In this document: positions 23,811-36,585 of the stretch, piece by piece
How the letters are laid out: each line of letters starts with the position of its first letter
Position numbering within the stretch: the stretch's first letter is position 1
From: Octopus bimaculoides
Taxonomy: Eukaryota
Length of the DNA: 63,834 bases
Reading direction: 5' to 3'
NCBI RefSeq assembly: GCF_001194135.2
Contig: NC_068986.1
Coordinates: 37,215,882 to 37,279,715 of the forward strand
Position numbers and translations under genes: made by a program
The notes under the pieces: model-generated
Seen by the model: only the letters and a program-made list of their open reading frames with translations
Told to the model about the DNA's origin: nothing
Database searches by the model: none

Positions 23811-24904
23811 AATAGGATCGAAAACCAGATGCCTTGTAGTTACGAAGAAAACTTCTTAACCATTGGGCCATACTGCGTTTATCACACACACACACACACG
23901 CAAGTGTAAACATGTGAAAGAGGAAAAATATAGAGACAGACGGACACAATGTACGTGTAAAAGATTATATATATAGTATATAGATATATATATTATTTCA
24001 CATACACACAGGTATGTATGTGTATATATATATGTCGGAAAGTGAGAGGATTGTAATATGGTAATGGTAGTTGCAAAGAGCGAGTCAGTGGAACTGCATA
24101 TTCGTAGCTGAAGAAGCGTGCAAAGAGAATACGGCAAAAAAAAAAAAGAAACAAAAAGAAAAAAGAAAAAAAGTTTTGGGGTAGGGTATCTGTTTCTACA
24201 CTGAGATAGCAACTGTTTTTCATTCGAGCAAGAAGGAAATGTGCCTTGAGTGAAAATAGTAAGTTATGAATAAGATATAGAATGATAAAAATGTATAGAC
24301 AGTTTAAGAAAGACAGAAATAATAGAAGATATAAAGAGGAAGAAAAGGTAATAGAGCGACTATTTGTTGGCGCATATTTGTAATACGGGTGCGTTTAATA
24401 TGAGCGGTTGTTGAATGAGGGTACGAGAGGACTTTGTTATATTTTTATTTTCTTTGTTTGAGGAGGCAAGGCGGACAAGTAGAGGGTTGGTGGATGAGAA
24501 GAATATGTTTGGTAAAAGCTACGTACATATATCATTCATGAATCTTTATTTTTCAAGATATTTGTTTAGCAGATTAGCTAAACTGTTCGCGGAGTTAAGA
24601 CGTTAAATATGTGTACGTGCATCCAAATATATACACATATGTACGTACGTGAATATGCCTACGACGTTAGAAACTATTGTTTTTTTTTATCGGGCTTTTA
24701 TTTTATTTTCCTTTTACGACGCAAACCGCAAAGAGTAAATATGAAAATATATATTTGTTAAGGTAAGGGAAACAGCTGAAACTATTGTAAGAAAACAATC
24801 TGAGGTTTCTAATCCAGATACACTTAAACGTTTTAAGTTAGAAATGAGAAGAAACTAGTGATCTGAAAGTTAAAAAAAAAAAAAATTCCTTACTAGTTAA
24901 TGAG

Positions 24905-25125
24905 AATGATTTCAAATTTTGGCACAAGGCTAGATATTTCGGGGTAGAGGGTAAGTCAATTACATCGACCCCAGAGCTCACCTGGTGCTTATATTATCGA
25001 CCCTGAAAGGATGAAAAACAAAGTCGACCTCGACGGAATTTGAACTCAGAACGAAACGAAAGGACAGATGAAATATCGCTAAGCATTTTGTCCGGCGTGC
25101 TAACAATTCTGCTAGCTCGCCGCTT
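24905..25125 (-). mobile_element. SINE family B
   Basis: TTTCAAATTTTGGCACAAGG...GAAAGGATGAAA...CCGGCGTGCTAACAATTCTGCTAGCTCGCCGC. Confidence 0.85.
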
Positions 25126-25159
25126 TCCACTACATCATAGTATTACAGACAGTTCAGAT

Positions 25160-25352
25160 CAGTGGTTTTCAACCTTTTTAATATGGCGGCCAGATCCAAA
25201 GCCTGAATTTTTTTATAGGGTTGTACCAAACCAAAGTAAAACACAGGTCAATTCAAAAAAATGTTATATTTACAAAGGGAAGAGCGTAGAGGGTCGCTGA
25301 AATTATAATTGGAGGTCGCATACAGCCCTGGGAGCTGCAATTGAGAACGCTG
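25160..25352. mobile_element. hAT-type MITE
   Basis: Ends CAGTGGTTTTCAACC / AATTGAGAACGCTG; 8-bp flanks GTTCAGAT and ATTCAGAG (6/8). Confidence 0.7.
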
Positions 25353-25654
25353 ATTCAGAGTTTTATAATAATAAATACATTTTCTTTTATACAGAAATAC
25401 GCCATGAATTTTGTCTCTAACACATGCACAGGAGCAATAAATAAACGAGGTAGTTAATCCCTTACATCAACCGCAGTTCTTGGCTCGTAGCATATTTTAT
25501 CGAACTCGGAGGGGTGACTGACACAGTTCACTTCAGCGCGATTTGAACTCAGAACATATTGATCCAAGATAAATATTGCGAGGCAGTCGTTTTGTCCAAT
25601 GCTCTAACGATCTTTCACTCTAGTATGCCTTAAATAATGGTCACTGATTTAGGA

Positions 25655-25830
25655 ATAAAGTTCGCATCGACCCAGTATTTAACTGGTACTTTATTTTATT
25701 GACCCCGAAAGGATGAAAGGCAAAGTTAAACTCGGCAGGACTTGAATTTAGAACAATGAACCAGAACAAATACCTTAGAGATTATTTTACCCGACGCTGT
25801 AACGATTTTGCCATTCCATCGCCTTAGTAT
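25655..25830 (-). mobile_element. SINE family B, degenerate (another worn copy at ~25440-25640)
   Basis: ATCGACCCAGT...GACCCCGAAAGGATGAAAGGCAAAGT. Confidence 0.7.
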
Positions 25831-28800
25831 GTTATAAATAACGCTGTAGTATATTTGTAGGTTCAGCTTCAATAAACATGCCAGTTTGTATATTTAAGGT
25901 CTATCAACGACACCGACCAATTAAATACACTTTGGTAGGAGAGCATATTTGCTCACATAAAGAGGTTTTTTTTTTTTCATTCCTTCGTCACCTAGAAGTA
26001 ACTGCATCTCCGTCAGTCTCGACGATGAGTATCCAGTTGTACGCTCAACTGAACCTGCTCATTGAATTAGCGTTTAAGCGACTGAGTTCTCATTTCACAA
26101 ATTTGTTTATCCATAACGTAATTCTCAAGCAGAACCAGCGTGACGCAACGTTTTGATATTTGAATTTGCTGGTGCAACCCATCTTTCAATAAGTTCCGTT
26201 TTCCTTTGCCAAACTTCATTCACAAGATCAGGTCATTTCACTGAATAGCCTGTGGATACTGCGCTAGAACGTACGCTGAAGTAGCACCAACTGTTGTATC
26301 TAATGAGATGTCTGTCCGCAGTAAAAACTACGCTATTCGTTCCATATTGATATCTGCTGGAGATCAATATGGATCGAAATTTTACAAAATACGGAGAGAA
26401 AATAGTACTGTGAAAAACTCGTACTTTTTTCGTAAATGTATAAGCAATAGAACTGAAGTTAAACAACTACAATAACAGTAAATCAAACTGAAGCAGAGGA
26501 TTCGGGTTCCCGAGAGAGGCTTTTAACTCATGTGCGCACAAATGCGACCCATATTTATCTGAAATTACATGTCTTACTCAGTGAAACTGATTCCGGTCGA
26601 CAAAGGAAAAAAAACCATACTGCACCCTCAAACCCGTACTTTCCGGGATTTACTCGAGAAATATAAGAGCAATTAGTCGGGATTAGAAAACGATAAAACA
26701 GCAATTTTAAATATAAATAATCTGTTTGCGAAACTTGAATACTGAATGAACAAAATCTTACTTCAGTTTGTAATAACATTTTCAACATCTTTGACACCCC
26801 ACTTTTGTTTTTTGTTCCCCTCAAGTTCGTTTATCTTTAAAGAGCACTAAAGCTATATTGAAGGAGAATTTGTAATCCGAAGATCGTGCTGGTTATTCGA
26901 TAATTTAGATTTCGAGTTTAAGGTTATCTGAAGTAAGAGGTAGATTAAAAATTATACTGTTTTCATATTTATGGCTTTAAAAAATGCTCGTTATTTTAAG
27001 ACTTGATTTTTATTTAGTTATCTATTGTTATAATGTAAATCGATTAATATTAACAGATAAGCGTTTGAAAATTAGATTGTAATACTTTTGATATGCAAGA
27101 ATCAAGTTTCCCGTTTAGCAGTTCATTCGACTTCATTAATTGAACTTGCTATTTAATAGGATTTTTTTCTCGATATCACGAGAAAAAAAAAAGGAGAGGG
27201 AGAAAAGAAAAGCTATAATAATGATAAATTAGTTCGTTAGCTGTCACATTATTTATAAAAAAATAAAACTAAATGTCGTTTGCGTTCAGTAAATAGAAAC
27301 AGCAAACATTTCTGGTTTTGTCAAAGCAAACCTTAAATTCTAATAATTATATTTGATTGGAGCTGATAATGTTTCGTAATGTTTGCAGTATCATTTATTT
27401 CATGACATTTAAATTTTGCTAATTTGAAGATTCTCACCTAAATGAAATCATTTTTATCCTTAATTAATCATTTGCACTGGAATGGTGAAAATCCAGAGGA
27501 AAATGATGAGGAGCTGTATCGATTTTGATCGTTACAGTTTAGTCCCAGGTCAAAAGCATTCCAGTCATGACTATCGTGTATGTTTTACATTAAGACATCT
27601 AATGTCTTTCCATTTTAAAGACAATGTGTGATTTGAGGGAATTCTACAGTTATTTCTAACAAGTAACCAGGTAGTGCCTCGCTCGTTTGTTTTAAATGTA
27701 TTTGGTCATTAACACCACAAATTGCACTCGACACATTTTCCACCACATCTTATCGCCTTGTCCACTTGTGACTCTCGCCAACTCATATACAAATCAGCTA
27801 GTTAATAATCGAACTGACATTCACTGGTTATAATATATGTAACACTGTTATTTTCTTTAATGTTAGCGAACTATTTTCCTTAGTTAAAACAAACTTAAGT
27901 TCTATAGCTAAATAAAAGCTCTCTCAATAAGAGAAGGCTACAGAATATATTACATAATGTTTTATCGTATAAACGCTACTTGAATTTATAATTAACTATC
28001 TTATTTCCACAAAATCCGAAATGTTAGTGCCTTTCAGTAAATTGAATTCAACATACGACGACTTTCTTCACACTTTTAAAACTTCGGCTGTCATCTAAGT
28101 CGTATGTCTTCCGGTGTAGAGAGAAAATGACAAGGAGAAAAAGCAGCCGATAGTTTAAAAGGAGAGAAAAATAAGATAAATGTTGTGTAAAAACATACAA
28201 ATTAAAAAAAATATAGAAAAGAATAGATGTCAACAGCCGAAAGGAAGAGTAAAAAGAAAAATACAACAGGATAAAAGGATGATATGCGGAAAGTATAAAA
28301 AACAAAACTGATCGAGTAAATAATTGAACGAAGGATGAAGATGGATAACGTCATGCGATGAGTATGTAGATGGCGTAGAATGAATAATAAAACAAAAAGG
28401 ATAAAATATGTTCATGTATTAGGTTGTTAGACAGAAGAAATAACGACAAACGATCAAATGAAGTGAGATCGAAAGAGGGAAGAGATGGACGGGAGGACAA
28501 TTTAGAAGACAACTAAAAGAAGATGGCAGTAATTTATACATATGTATCTCTCTTTGCAAAGCGCACAACATAGCAAAATGTCGACACCAATACGTGACAT
28601 CTTTAAAAATTTCGAGAAAATGTTACCCACCTCTCTGTAAAGTCAATTGTTTAAGAAAGAATTTGCAAATAATATGAACAAAATAGATAAAAGACAAAAG
28701 AACTCTCTAGAGCGCGAACATGTGCCATTAAAGTTAACTATAACATTTTCAGCAGAGGTCAGTTATAATTGCGAAAAAATAACGTGAGAGACAGAGAGTG

Positions 28801-29019
28801 AGTATTAATAAACTGTAACTGGGAAACGTGTTGATAGGTTCCAGATTTTGACGATTTTGAAATATTTCAAAAAGAATCACAATAACACACAGATACTATA
28901 ATGAAATTCTATTAAAATAGCAACACAGTACAGACATTAAAGAATTTCGACGCTGGGATATCTAAAATGGTAAACTCATAATTACCAGTGCTATTTTGGC
29001 ATTTTGTGCCTTTTTATTC

Positions 29020-29210
29020 CTGCTTAGTGATTAGGGTGTTAGACTGACTACCGTTAGGTCGTTGGTTCGATTCTGAGCGGAATGGTATGCGCCTAAGTAA
29101 GGCACTTAATTTCATGATACGTTAATGCAGGCAACTGAAAATTAGTACCAGCGACAGCTGAGCCAAGAAGTAACTTTGCGACGGACTGGCGACCTATTCA
29201 GCAGGTGGTG
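29020..29210 (+). mobile_element. tRNA-derived SINE with GCGACGGACTGGCGACC-type tail
   Basis: CTTAGTGATTAGGG (A-box-like), GGTTCGATTC (B-box-like). The tail resembles the GGCGTCCCGTCCAG segment at 54370. Confidence 0.5.
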
Positions 29211-29269
29211 GGGTGGGTCTTATGTTCTCAATCCCTATATGCAGTGAGATTGATCTCGAAACCACATAG

Positions 29270-29610
29270 CCATGCCTGTTTTAGTCACTGGACTGCGGTC
29301 ATACTGGGGCGCTATCTTGACAAAAAAATCGATCCAAAGTCTGGTATTTATTTTATCTCTTCGCTGAACCGCTTACTTTACAAGGATATAAACAAACCAA
29401 CCCCATTTGTCAAGCGCTGGACGGACAAACACAAATACACGTACAAGCACACGACGATTCACTCAATTTCTGTCAGCCAAATGTACTCACAAGGCATTTG
29501 TCGGTCGGGGTTATAGTTGAAGACACCCAAAATATTGCATAGTACCACAAAATCTGAAATCATGTGCTTGCGAAGCGAACTTCTTAACCACACAGACAAG
29601 TGTGTCCGTG
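29270..29610 (-). mobile_element. SINE family A
   Basis: GTTTTAGTCACTGGACTGCGGTCAT...CTCACAAGGCATTTGTCGG...CTTCTTAACCACACAG. Confidence 0.75.
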
Positions 29611-29635
29611 TATGTATATATATATATATATATAT

Positions 29636-29972
29636 NNNNNNNNNNNNNNNNNNNNNNNNNNNNNNNNNNNNNNNNNNNNNNNNNNNNNNNNNNNNNNNNN
29701 NNNNNNNNNNNNNNNNNNNNNNNNNNNNNNNNNNNNNNNNNNNNNNNNNNNNNNNNNNNNNNNNNNNNNNNNNNNNNNNNNNNNNNNNNNNNNNNNNNNN
29801 NNNNNNNNNNNNNNNNNNNNNNNNNNNNNNNNNNNNNNNNNNNNNNNNNNNNNNNNNNNNNNNNNNNNNNNNNNNNNNNNNNNNNNNNNNNNNNNNNNNN
29901 NNNNNNNNNNNNNNNNNNNNNNNNNNNNNNNNNNNNNNNNNNNNNNNNNNNNNNNNNNNNNNNNNNNNNNNN
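29636..29972. other. Assembly gap (N run) within a (TA)n tract
   Basis: N characters. Confidence 1.
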
Positions 29973-30011
<39 letters not shown>

Positions 30012-31214
30012 GCGCGCATGCATACACGTACACGACAACATTTCAAGAGACTTAGTAAAACATACAAAGTTGACGGTAACAAATAATTGCTGATGATGAC
30101 AGCTGCGTGTTTAGGTTCCCTCTAAAGCCTACAGCAAATTAAGCAACGAAAAGGAAAAAAAATAATAAGGAGAGGGAAAGCTACATACTTAGGAACCATC
30201 AACATATATACAAAAAAAAATCTTTAAGAATTCAAGTGAAAGCTACGAAGTAAAGGAGATGGATAAGAGCTTTCCTACTCTGTCATGTTTATGCATGCCA
30301 ATGTATCTCGGTATCCATAGGTAAGCATCTGTTCTGTGCAGATTCTTTATTTCATTCATACCACTCACTCACCCACCGCCATCTTATTTATTAGCTCCAT
30401 CCACATTTAATGCAACCAAAGGCATCACTTTCAACTCTTGATGTGAAGAACAAGTGAGATAAATTATCAACTAACAGCTAGATCTGTACCAAAAGTGACA
30501 TATGAACACCTTTCATTCTCCCACCCGCAAATACATGTAGGTCTATATTTAAACTATTAAAAGCTTTATTTATAAAATAGACTATATAGAAAAAGTAGTA
30601 TAAGGTTTTATGACGAATTGACGCAGATGGTTGATGATCTGACTAAATGTTTCACACAAAATTTCATTTAATCGTTCGGAAATCAAGTTATGTTTTCTAG
30701 AGTTTCCCTTACGTTTTTCAATTATTTCGGAGAATGCTGAAGAAGGAGGATGTCGATAAAATAAACGTAAATAAATAAAACTCAAGCGTGAATATTACAA
30801 TAATTTCTCTTCTGGTTCGTGTCTCGGGACAGAAATTCTAACTTGTGTATTTATTATCGCTTTATGGCAATCAATCGGTTTTGGTCTCGAGAAAGTAAAA
30901 CTATATGTTCGGCAAGTTCCGTATAAATTTTATTTCTTTAATGTTTATTTGTTTTCAGTTGAACAGTCAAAAAGAGACGGTCGAACACACACATACATAT
31001 ACAGATCTTATGCTTCCCCGATTCGCTTATGTTTTATATGTATTTTTGTGTATGTATATGTATGTGTGCATGCATGTAGAGGTCTGTGTGTAAGCTGAAA
31101 AAGAAAGCAAAGAAATAAAAGTGTTTTACGGAAGTTACCAAGCATACAGTCTTTTACTTTCTCGAAACCAAAACCGATTGGTTGCCTTATTATCTCTGTT
31201 GTGAAAAAAGACAG

Positions 31215-31530
31215 TGGGCTGGCAGAATCGTTTGCCATGCCGGACAAAATGTTTAGTAGTATTTCGTCCGTCTTTACCTTCAGAGTTAAAATTCCGCTGA
31301 GGTCGACTTTGCCTTTCAGCCTTTCGGGGTCAATAAGATCAGTACCAGTTGAGTACTGGAGTCGACCTAATCCGGCTTATCCGATGGTGAAGGGATCGGG
31401 CCGTCGCTGAGCGGTGGTTCATTATCTGGTGCAAAGCGCGCGGTGCATGTCGAGCGTCTTTGCGGGCGCTGACGCAGCAGATGCGCGACACTCAGTCGAA
31501 ATTGCTGTCTTTGTGCCAAAATTTGAAACC
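31215..31530 (+). mobile_element. SINE family B interrupted by a GC-rich insert
   Basis: Head and body at 31215-31382; tail CGAAATTGCTG..GTGCCAAAATTTGAAACC resumes at ~31498. Confidence 0.75.
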
Positions 31531-31554
31531 ATTATCTGTGTTGTGAAAGGTTGC

Positions 31555-31760
31555 AAACTGCAGAATTGTTAGCACGCCGGACAAAATGCTTAGTGTCGTT
31601 TCTTTCGACTTTGCGTTCTGAGTTCAAATTCTAACGAAGCTGACTTTGCCTTTCATCGTTTCGGAGTCGATTAAATAAATACCAGTCAATTATTGGGGGT
31701 CGATGTAATCGACTACAACCTTCCTCCAAATTTCAGTCTTTTGTACCTGCAGTAGAAAGG
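31555..31760 (+). mobile_element. SINE family B
   Basis: GCAGAATTGTTAGCACGCCGGAC...GAGTTCAAATT...GGGGTCGATGTAATCGAC. Confidence 0.85.
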
Positions 31761-32931
31761 AATTTTCAGTTATGCGGTGGTACACTAAAAAGATACCCGC
31801 ACATTCAAAGTGAGAACAGGAAGTACAGACAACACGACAAAACTAATTTGAATAGAAAACTGAACGATTTCAACATTTTTTTCTAGTTTTTCCTTCTTAG
31901 AATTTAAGTATCTGATCCATAATAGAAGCTATTTATTCTAAACAGTCCAAGACCAAAAAACTTTCGACTATGATTTCTATTTAAAATGCCTTATCAGTAA
32001 ATAGTATAATTTTCGGCTGTCTCAGTGGGGCAATGACTGGTGTCAACTGTTTCTTAGATAAGTGTGCAATATAGGATTAAGTGTTAAGAAACTAAGAATT
32101 ATTACACTTAGGTCTTCCACCAAAGATATTAGGAAGATTATACGCAGCCTCAAATCGACACCGAATCATAGATTTGCGTGCCGAGAGAGAGAGAGAGACT
32201 TGCTTCCCACTCTACGGTAGGTACTACTTACCATTAACTATTTCTGTGAAAATAATTATATCTTGCCCCTTTTCTTAGGTTAAAAGTCTATTTCTAAAAA
32301 TACCCCCCTTGTAAACCGAACGTAGGTAACAAGTTTCCAGAACTAATTACGTGAATATTTTACGTAAAATTTCTCAAGCATTTCAACCAAACTAAATTCC
32401 ATATTCTTTAGAAATAAAGTAAAGCATTTAAAAATAACTTGACTCTCTTTCTCACTTGTTTGAACATTTTCTACACTTTGCCAAAAAAAAAGCTACGCTC
32501 TTCTCATGCGAAATATTCTTTGATGCAATCTTGTAAAATAATTTAGAATTTCAGCAAGTGTGGTTCCTTTACAGATAGGATAATCAATAAGTTCTTAAAT
32601 CTAGTGAAAATATTTGGATCAAATCCAACTAAGGTAATATGCAATGTACTTAATATTACAAGTAAAACAACTATAAGGTACCAATAAAAAGGATTTTTAG
32701 TGAAACGACGCAGAGAAAAAAGACATATTTAGCAAAGATCAAAACAACTCGTACGGAACAATTCTTAGATTACAAAATTCAAATTCCAATTCGTATTAAA
32801 CCCAAATCCACCGACTTGGTTCGCTATTAAAATATAACATCTACACAGTTTAGTTGTTTCAGAAGTTAAAATACATCAGGCATTATATTTGGTTTTACTT
32901 TCTTTAAAGTATATATATGTACGCACTCATA

Positions 32932-33312
32932 GGAGGCGCAATGGCCCAGTGGTTAGGGCAGCGGACTCGCGGTCATAGGATCGCGGTTTCGATTCCCAGA
33001 CTGGGCCTTGTGAATGTTTATTGAGCGAAAACACCCAAAGCTCCACGAGGCTCCGGCTGGGGATAGTGGCGAACCCTGCTGTACTCTTCCACCACAACTT
33101 TCTCTCACTCTTACTTCCTGTTTCTGTTGTGCCTGTAATTCAAAGGGTCAGCCTTGTTACACTGTGTCACGCTGAATATCCCCGAGAACTACGCTAAGGG
33201 TACACGTGTCTGTGGAGTGCTCAGCCACTTGCACATTAATTTCATGAGCAGGCTGCTCCGTTGATCGGATCAACTGGAACCCTCGACGTCGTAAGCGACG
33301 GAGTGCCAACAA
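32932..33312 (+). mobile_element. SINE family C, full length, with 13-bp TSD
   Basis: tRNA-like head GGCGCAATGGCCCAGTGGTTAGGGCAGCGG...GGTTTCGATTCCC; tail GGAGTGCCAACAA. TSD GTACGCACTCATA (32919-32931) / GTACGTACTCATA (33313-33325). Confidence 0.92.
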
Positions 33313-33577
33313 GTACGTACTCATATTTACTAGCAATAAATCTTTTACAAATTGATAGGATATGCGACGCCTTAGGCAAAGTGTCCTCTACCATAGCCTT
33401 GGATTTGCCAATAACTTCTGACTGAATTTTGATAGACGGAAACCGTACAGAAACCTGTTGTCACAGAATAAACAAAATCTTAATAGTAATTTCCAATGGA
33501 CAACTGATGAAGTGGTCACCCCGTACACGTCTTAAACTGGAAATGCTAATCGAGGTAGCTGATGAGAGCTTATTCAT

Positions 33578-33820
33578 TTTGTATTCGTCGGATAGGTATC
33601 CTTATATTGGTTGTTGCTTTTCACTACGTTTTTCAGCTGTGTACGCTCCAGCCTTCTTCAGGTGTCTTGTTAATGTAATGCCTAGAGGTTCTGAGTTCAA
33701 TCCCAGGCAAGGCTTTAAGGTGAATCACAAGACACCTGAAGAGGGCTGGAGCGTACACAACCGAAACGTAGTGAAAAGCAATAACCAAGATGAGGACACC
33801 ACCCCGACCAATACATATAA
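33578..33820. mobile_element. Inverted ~90-bp arms, each with a minimal hammerhead-ribozyme motif (Penelope-like pLTR relic)
   Basis: 33609-33670 is the near reverse complement of 33727-33786. The + arm reads CAC-CTGAAGA-G-GGCTG-GAGCGTACA-CAACC-GAAA-CGTA-GTG. Confidence 0.65.
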
Positions 33821-33909
33821 ATTTCCATCACAAAAATACTGAATTGTATTAGTGTAATTTTTGTTTGTTCTGGTAACAGTCAGTTCACATTCATATTATA
33901 TATATGTAT

Positions 33910-33954
<45 letters not shown>

Positions 33955-34254
33955 NNNNNNNNNNTCCCCGTTTTAGAATAGTTTTCAAAGAAGCAGCTAA
34001 AAGGTTTGGCTGTAAAACGTGTGTGTGTACCAGAGTAAATAATGCGCTGAGTTACATCCATTCATTCCGAAAGACAACTTTACTATTCATAATATCGGAC
34101 CAGGCTGAAATAAGTACTTGGCGGGTATGTATGATTTAACTAAACCCTTCAAGACGATACCAACTATGGCACAATTCAATAAGTGAGACCAATAAAAAAA
34201 AAAAAAGAATATCATAAAACTTGGCTGGCTCTGACAGAAATAAAGTTATTTGTG

Positions 34255-34296
<42 letters not shown>

Positions 34297-35239
34297 TTTA
34301 AAGCAAATATAGAAGGCGTCTAAAGGGTCCGTTAAATAAGAAATAACGTTATATACTCGTGCTCAAACCTGTATGTATTTCAATAGGATATCATCCTGAA
34401 AATAACATGATTGTGTCCTTTATTATAATATTCTCGCTCGTTTACATCTAATAACAATGCTGATTTATTTATTTATTTCTATATTGCATTCATTCAATCA
34501 GTCATTCATTCATTCATTTATTTAGCTCTACTGGAGATGGAACGGGTGAATTCATTAACTGGTAAGCACCAAAGAATAAAACCTATTAACATTAACAATA
34601 GCAACAATATCAACAAAAGCCAACAAGGGAACCTTTCATGTGGTTTTTCGAAACATTTGAAATAGCAGTTAAATCTCCTGGTTTATTTAACCCTTTTGCC
34701 TGTCCAAAGCATTTTCGTAAGTTTTTCCTAAACGCCAAAGCTTGTTTTCAGACTTTTTAGTTCGCCCTTGTTTCATATGTTCTGAGTAATGTAAAGTTTT
34801 CCTATCATAAGTTCTAAGTTACTCTGGTGGTTGAAAACAATTTGGGAAGATGTATCATATACGATGCATGGAAGTCAAGGAAATCATGTCCCGTATATCA
34901 CATGTGATACACTGGACAAGCAAAGAGATAAATGTACAGGGCATATCATATGATATAGCGCTTCATGCACATAAAATGCGAAAGGTTATGGTTGGAATAG
35001 CTTAGATTATAGGTCTATTTGGTCCTGGAACTAAACAATAACAGAATGGCTACGATGACAGTAAGAACGAGGGCAGTACCCAGTGTCAAGTTACAAGGTC
35101 TCCAAGACTGGAGAGTAGGAGATATCCTAAAACTAAAAACCTTTTTTCCGAATACAACAGAGTGGACTCCGCTGACGGTACCCATTGTATCAGGTGATGG
35201 CGATAAGCTGGGCAACAGGTTGTCAATCACCGATGTGTA

Positions 35240-35480
35240 CCATGTCGGGATTCAAACTCAGAACGCAGAGAACCGAGACAACTACTGCAATGGCATCGTG
35301 TCCGACGTTCTTACAATTCTGCTAATCTACTCTTGAGGATTGATACAATCATTTCCATCGACTCCCGAAAGGATGACAAGCGAAGTTGACCTAGGCGGGA
35401 TTTGAACTCAGTGCGCAGACAACCAAAATAAATACTGCAAGTCATTCTATCTGGCAGGAACGCAATTCGTTTCGGGCGAG
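35240..35480 (-). mobile_element. SINE family B fragments, degenerate
   Basis: ATCGACTCCCGAAAGGATGAC...GGCGGGATTTGAACTCAG. Confidence 0.6.
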
Positions 35481-35797
35481 CGCTTACATACATCTTCGTA
35501 AACACTAATTTCTTGTTGGTAGCAGCAGCAGTAGTGGTGGTAGTGATGGTGGTATTGGTCACGCTGATAATGGTGTGCGCATGCGCATTTGTTTTAATGC
35601 TTAAATTTGCCTTTTCAGTTTGGTGTGTACATAGGCCACCAACCAGATATGTCTGCCCTAATTAGGGCACAAATCAAATATGTGATTCACGACAAACACA
35701 AGTCCCTTAATAAATAAGATGTGCGTTATTCACAGAAGAATATCCACGAAAAAAAAAGTGTATAAGAGAAGGGATTGTGATGACGGTGGAAAAGGAA

Positions 35798-35805
<8 letters not shown>

Positions 35806-35857
<52 letters not shown>
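35806..35857. repeat. (GA)n microsatellite
   Basis: Direct reading. Confidence 0.95.
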
Positions 35858-35860
<3 letters not shown>

Positions 35861-36364
35861 CAATTATTTGAAAGGAGAATGAGTAACCTCCCAAAATTCA
35901 CTGCATGGCAAACTGCTTAAAACAGTTAATTAATATGGATCTGGTCCACTAAATTTGATTAACTGATAAAAGTTATGGAAGTATGAAAAGAATCCACACA
36001 GCAATAAAAACAAACGTGGTGTGGGAGCAGAAGACTTGAAGAGGCACTGGCCTCAATAAAAATATCATCGCCTGTTGTTGTTGTTGTTGTTGTTATTGTT
36101 GCTGTTGTTTAACCCTAAGTCAACCAAAATTCAATAGGCCGATGATCAAAAGTAATCCAATCAAGGCCATCACAACTTTTTAGAGACACCTACGACTACA
36201 CTCTCGTGTTAAATCCTTTTAACGGCGTATCTCGAAACTAGTACAACTGTAGCTGATAGCTTGTAATATAATGGGTTAATAAATAACCTTCGATGGAAAA
36301 AAAAGATAGAAGCTACTTACGGGACGTGAACCATGCATCTTCCGTACAAATGTATAACCTAATA

Positions 36365-36585
36365 TATTGGTTTCAAATTTTGGCACAAAGTCAGCAATTT
36401 GGAAGGAGGAGTAAGTCATTTACATCGACTCCAGTGCTCAACTGGTAATTATTTTATCGACCCCGAAAGTTTGAAAGGCAAAATCAACCCTGGTGGTATC
36501 TGAACTTAGGACGTAAAGACGGACGAATTGCCGCTAAGCGTTTCGTCCGGCGTGCTAACGATTCTACCAGCTCGCCGCCTTAATG
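36365..36585 (-). mobile_element. SINE family B, full length
   Basis: GGTTTCAAATTTTGGCACAA...CCGGCGTGCTAACGATTCTACCAGCTCGCCGCCTT. Confidence 0.88.

Noticed and set aside
32935-33005. tRNA gene (also 56895, 55655, 13322, 42556)
   Set aside because: A/B boxes are present, but I could not build a full cloverleaf or acceptor stem. Each head runs into a repeated body with TSDs, so these are SINEs.
35019-35240. ORF 35019-35336 as an exon or RTE relic (DWRVGDI...TTEWTP)
   Set aside because: Motif spacing does not fit the RTE WxWAGH...EWxP pattern, there is no convincing splice pair, and the 3' part is SINE B.
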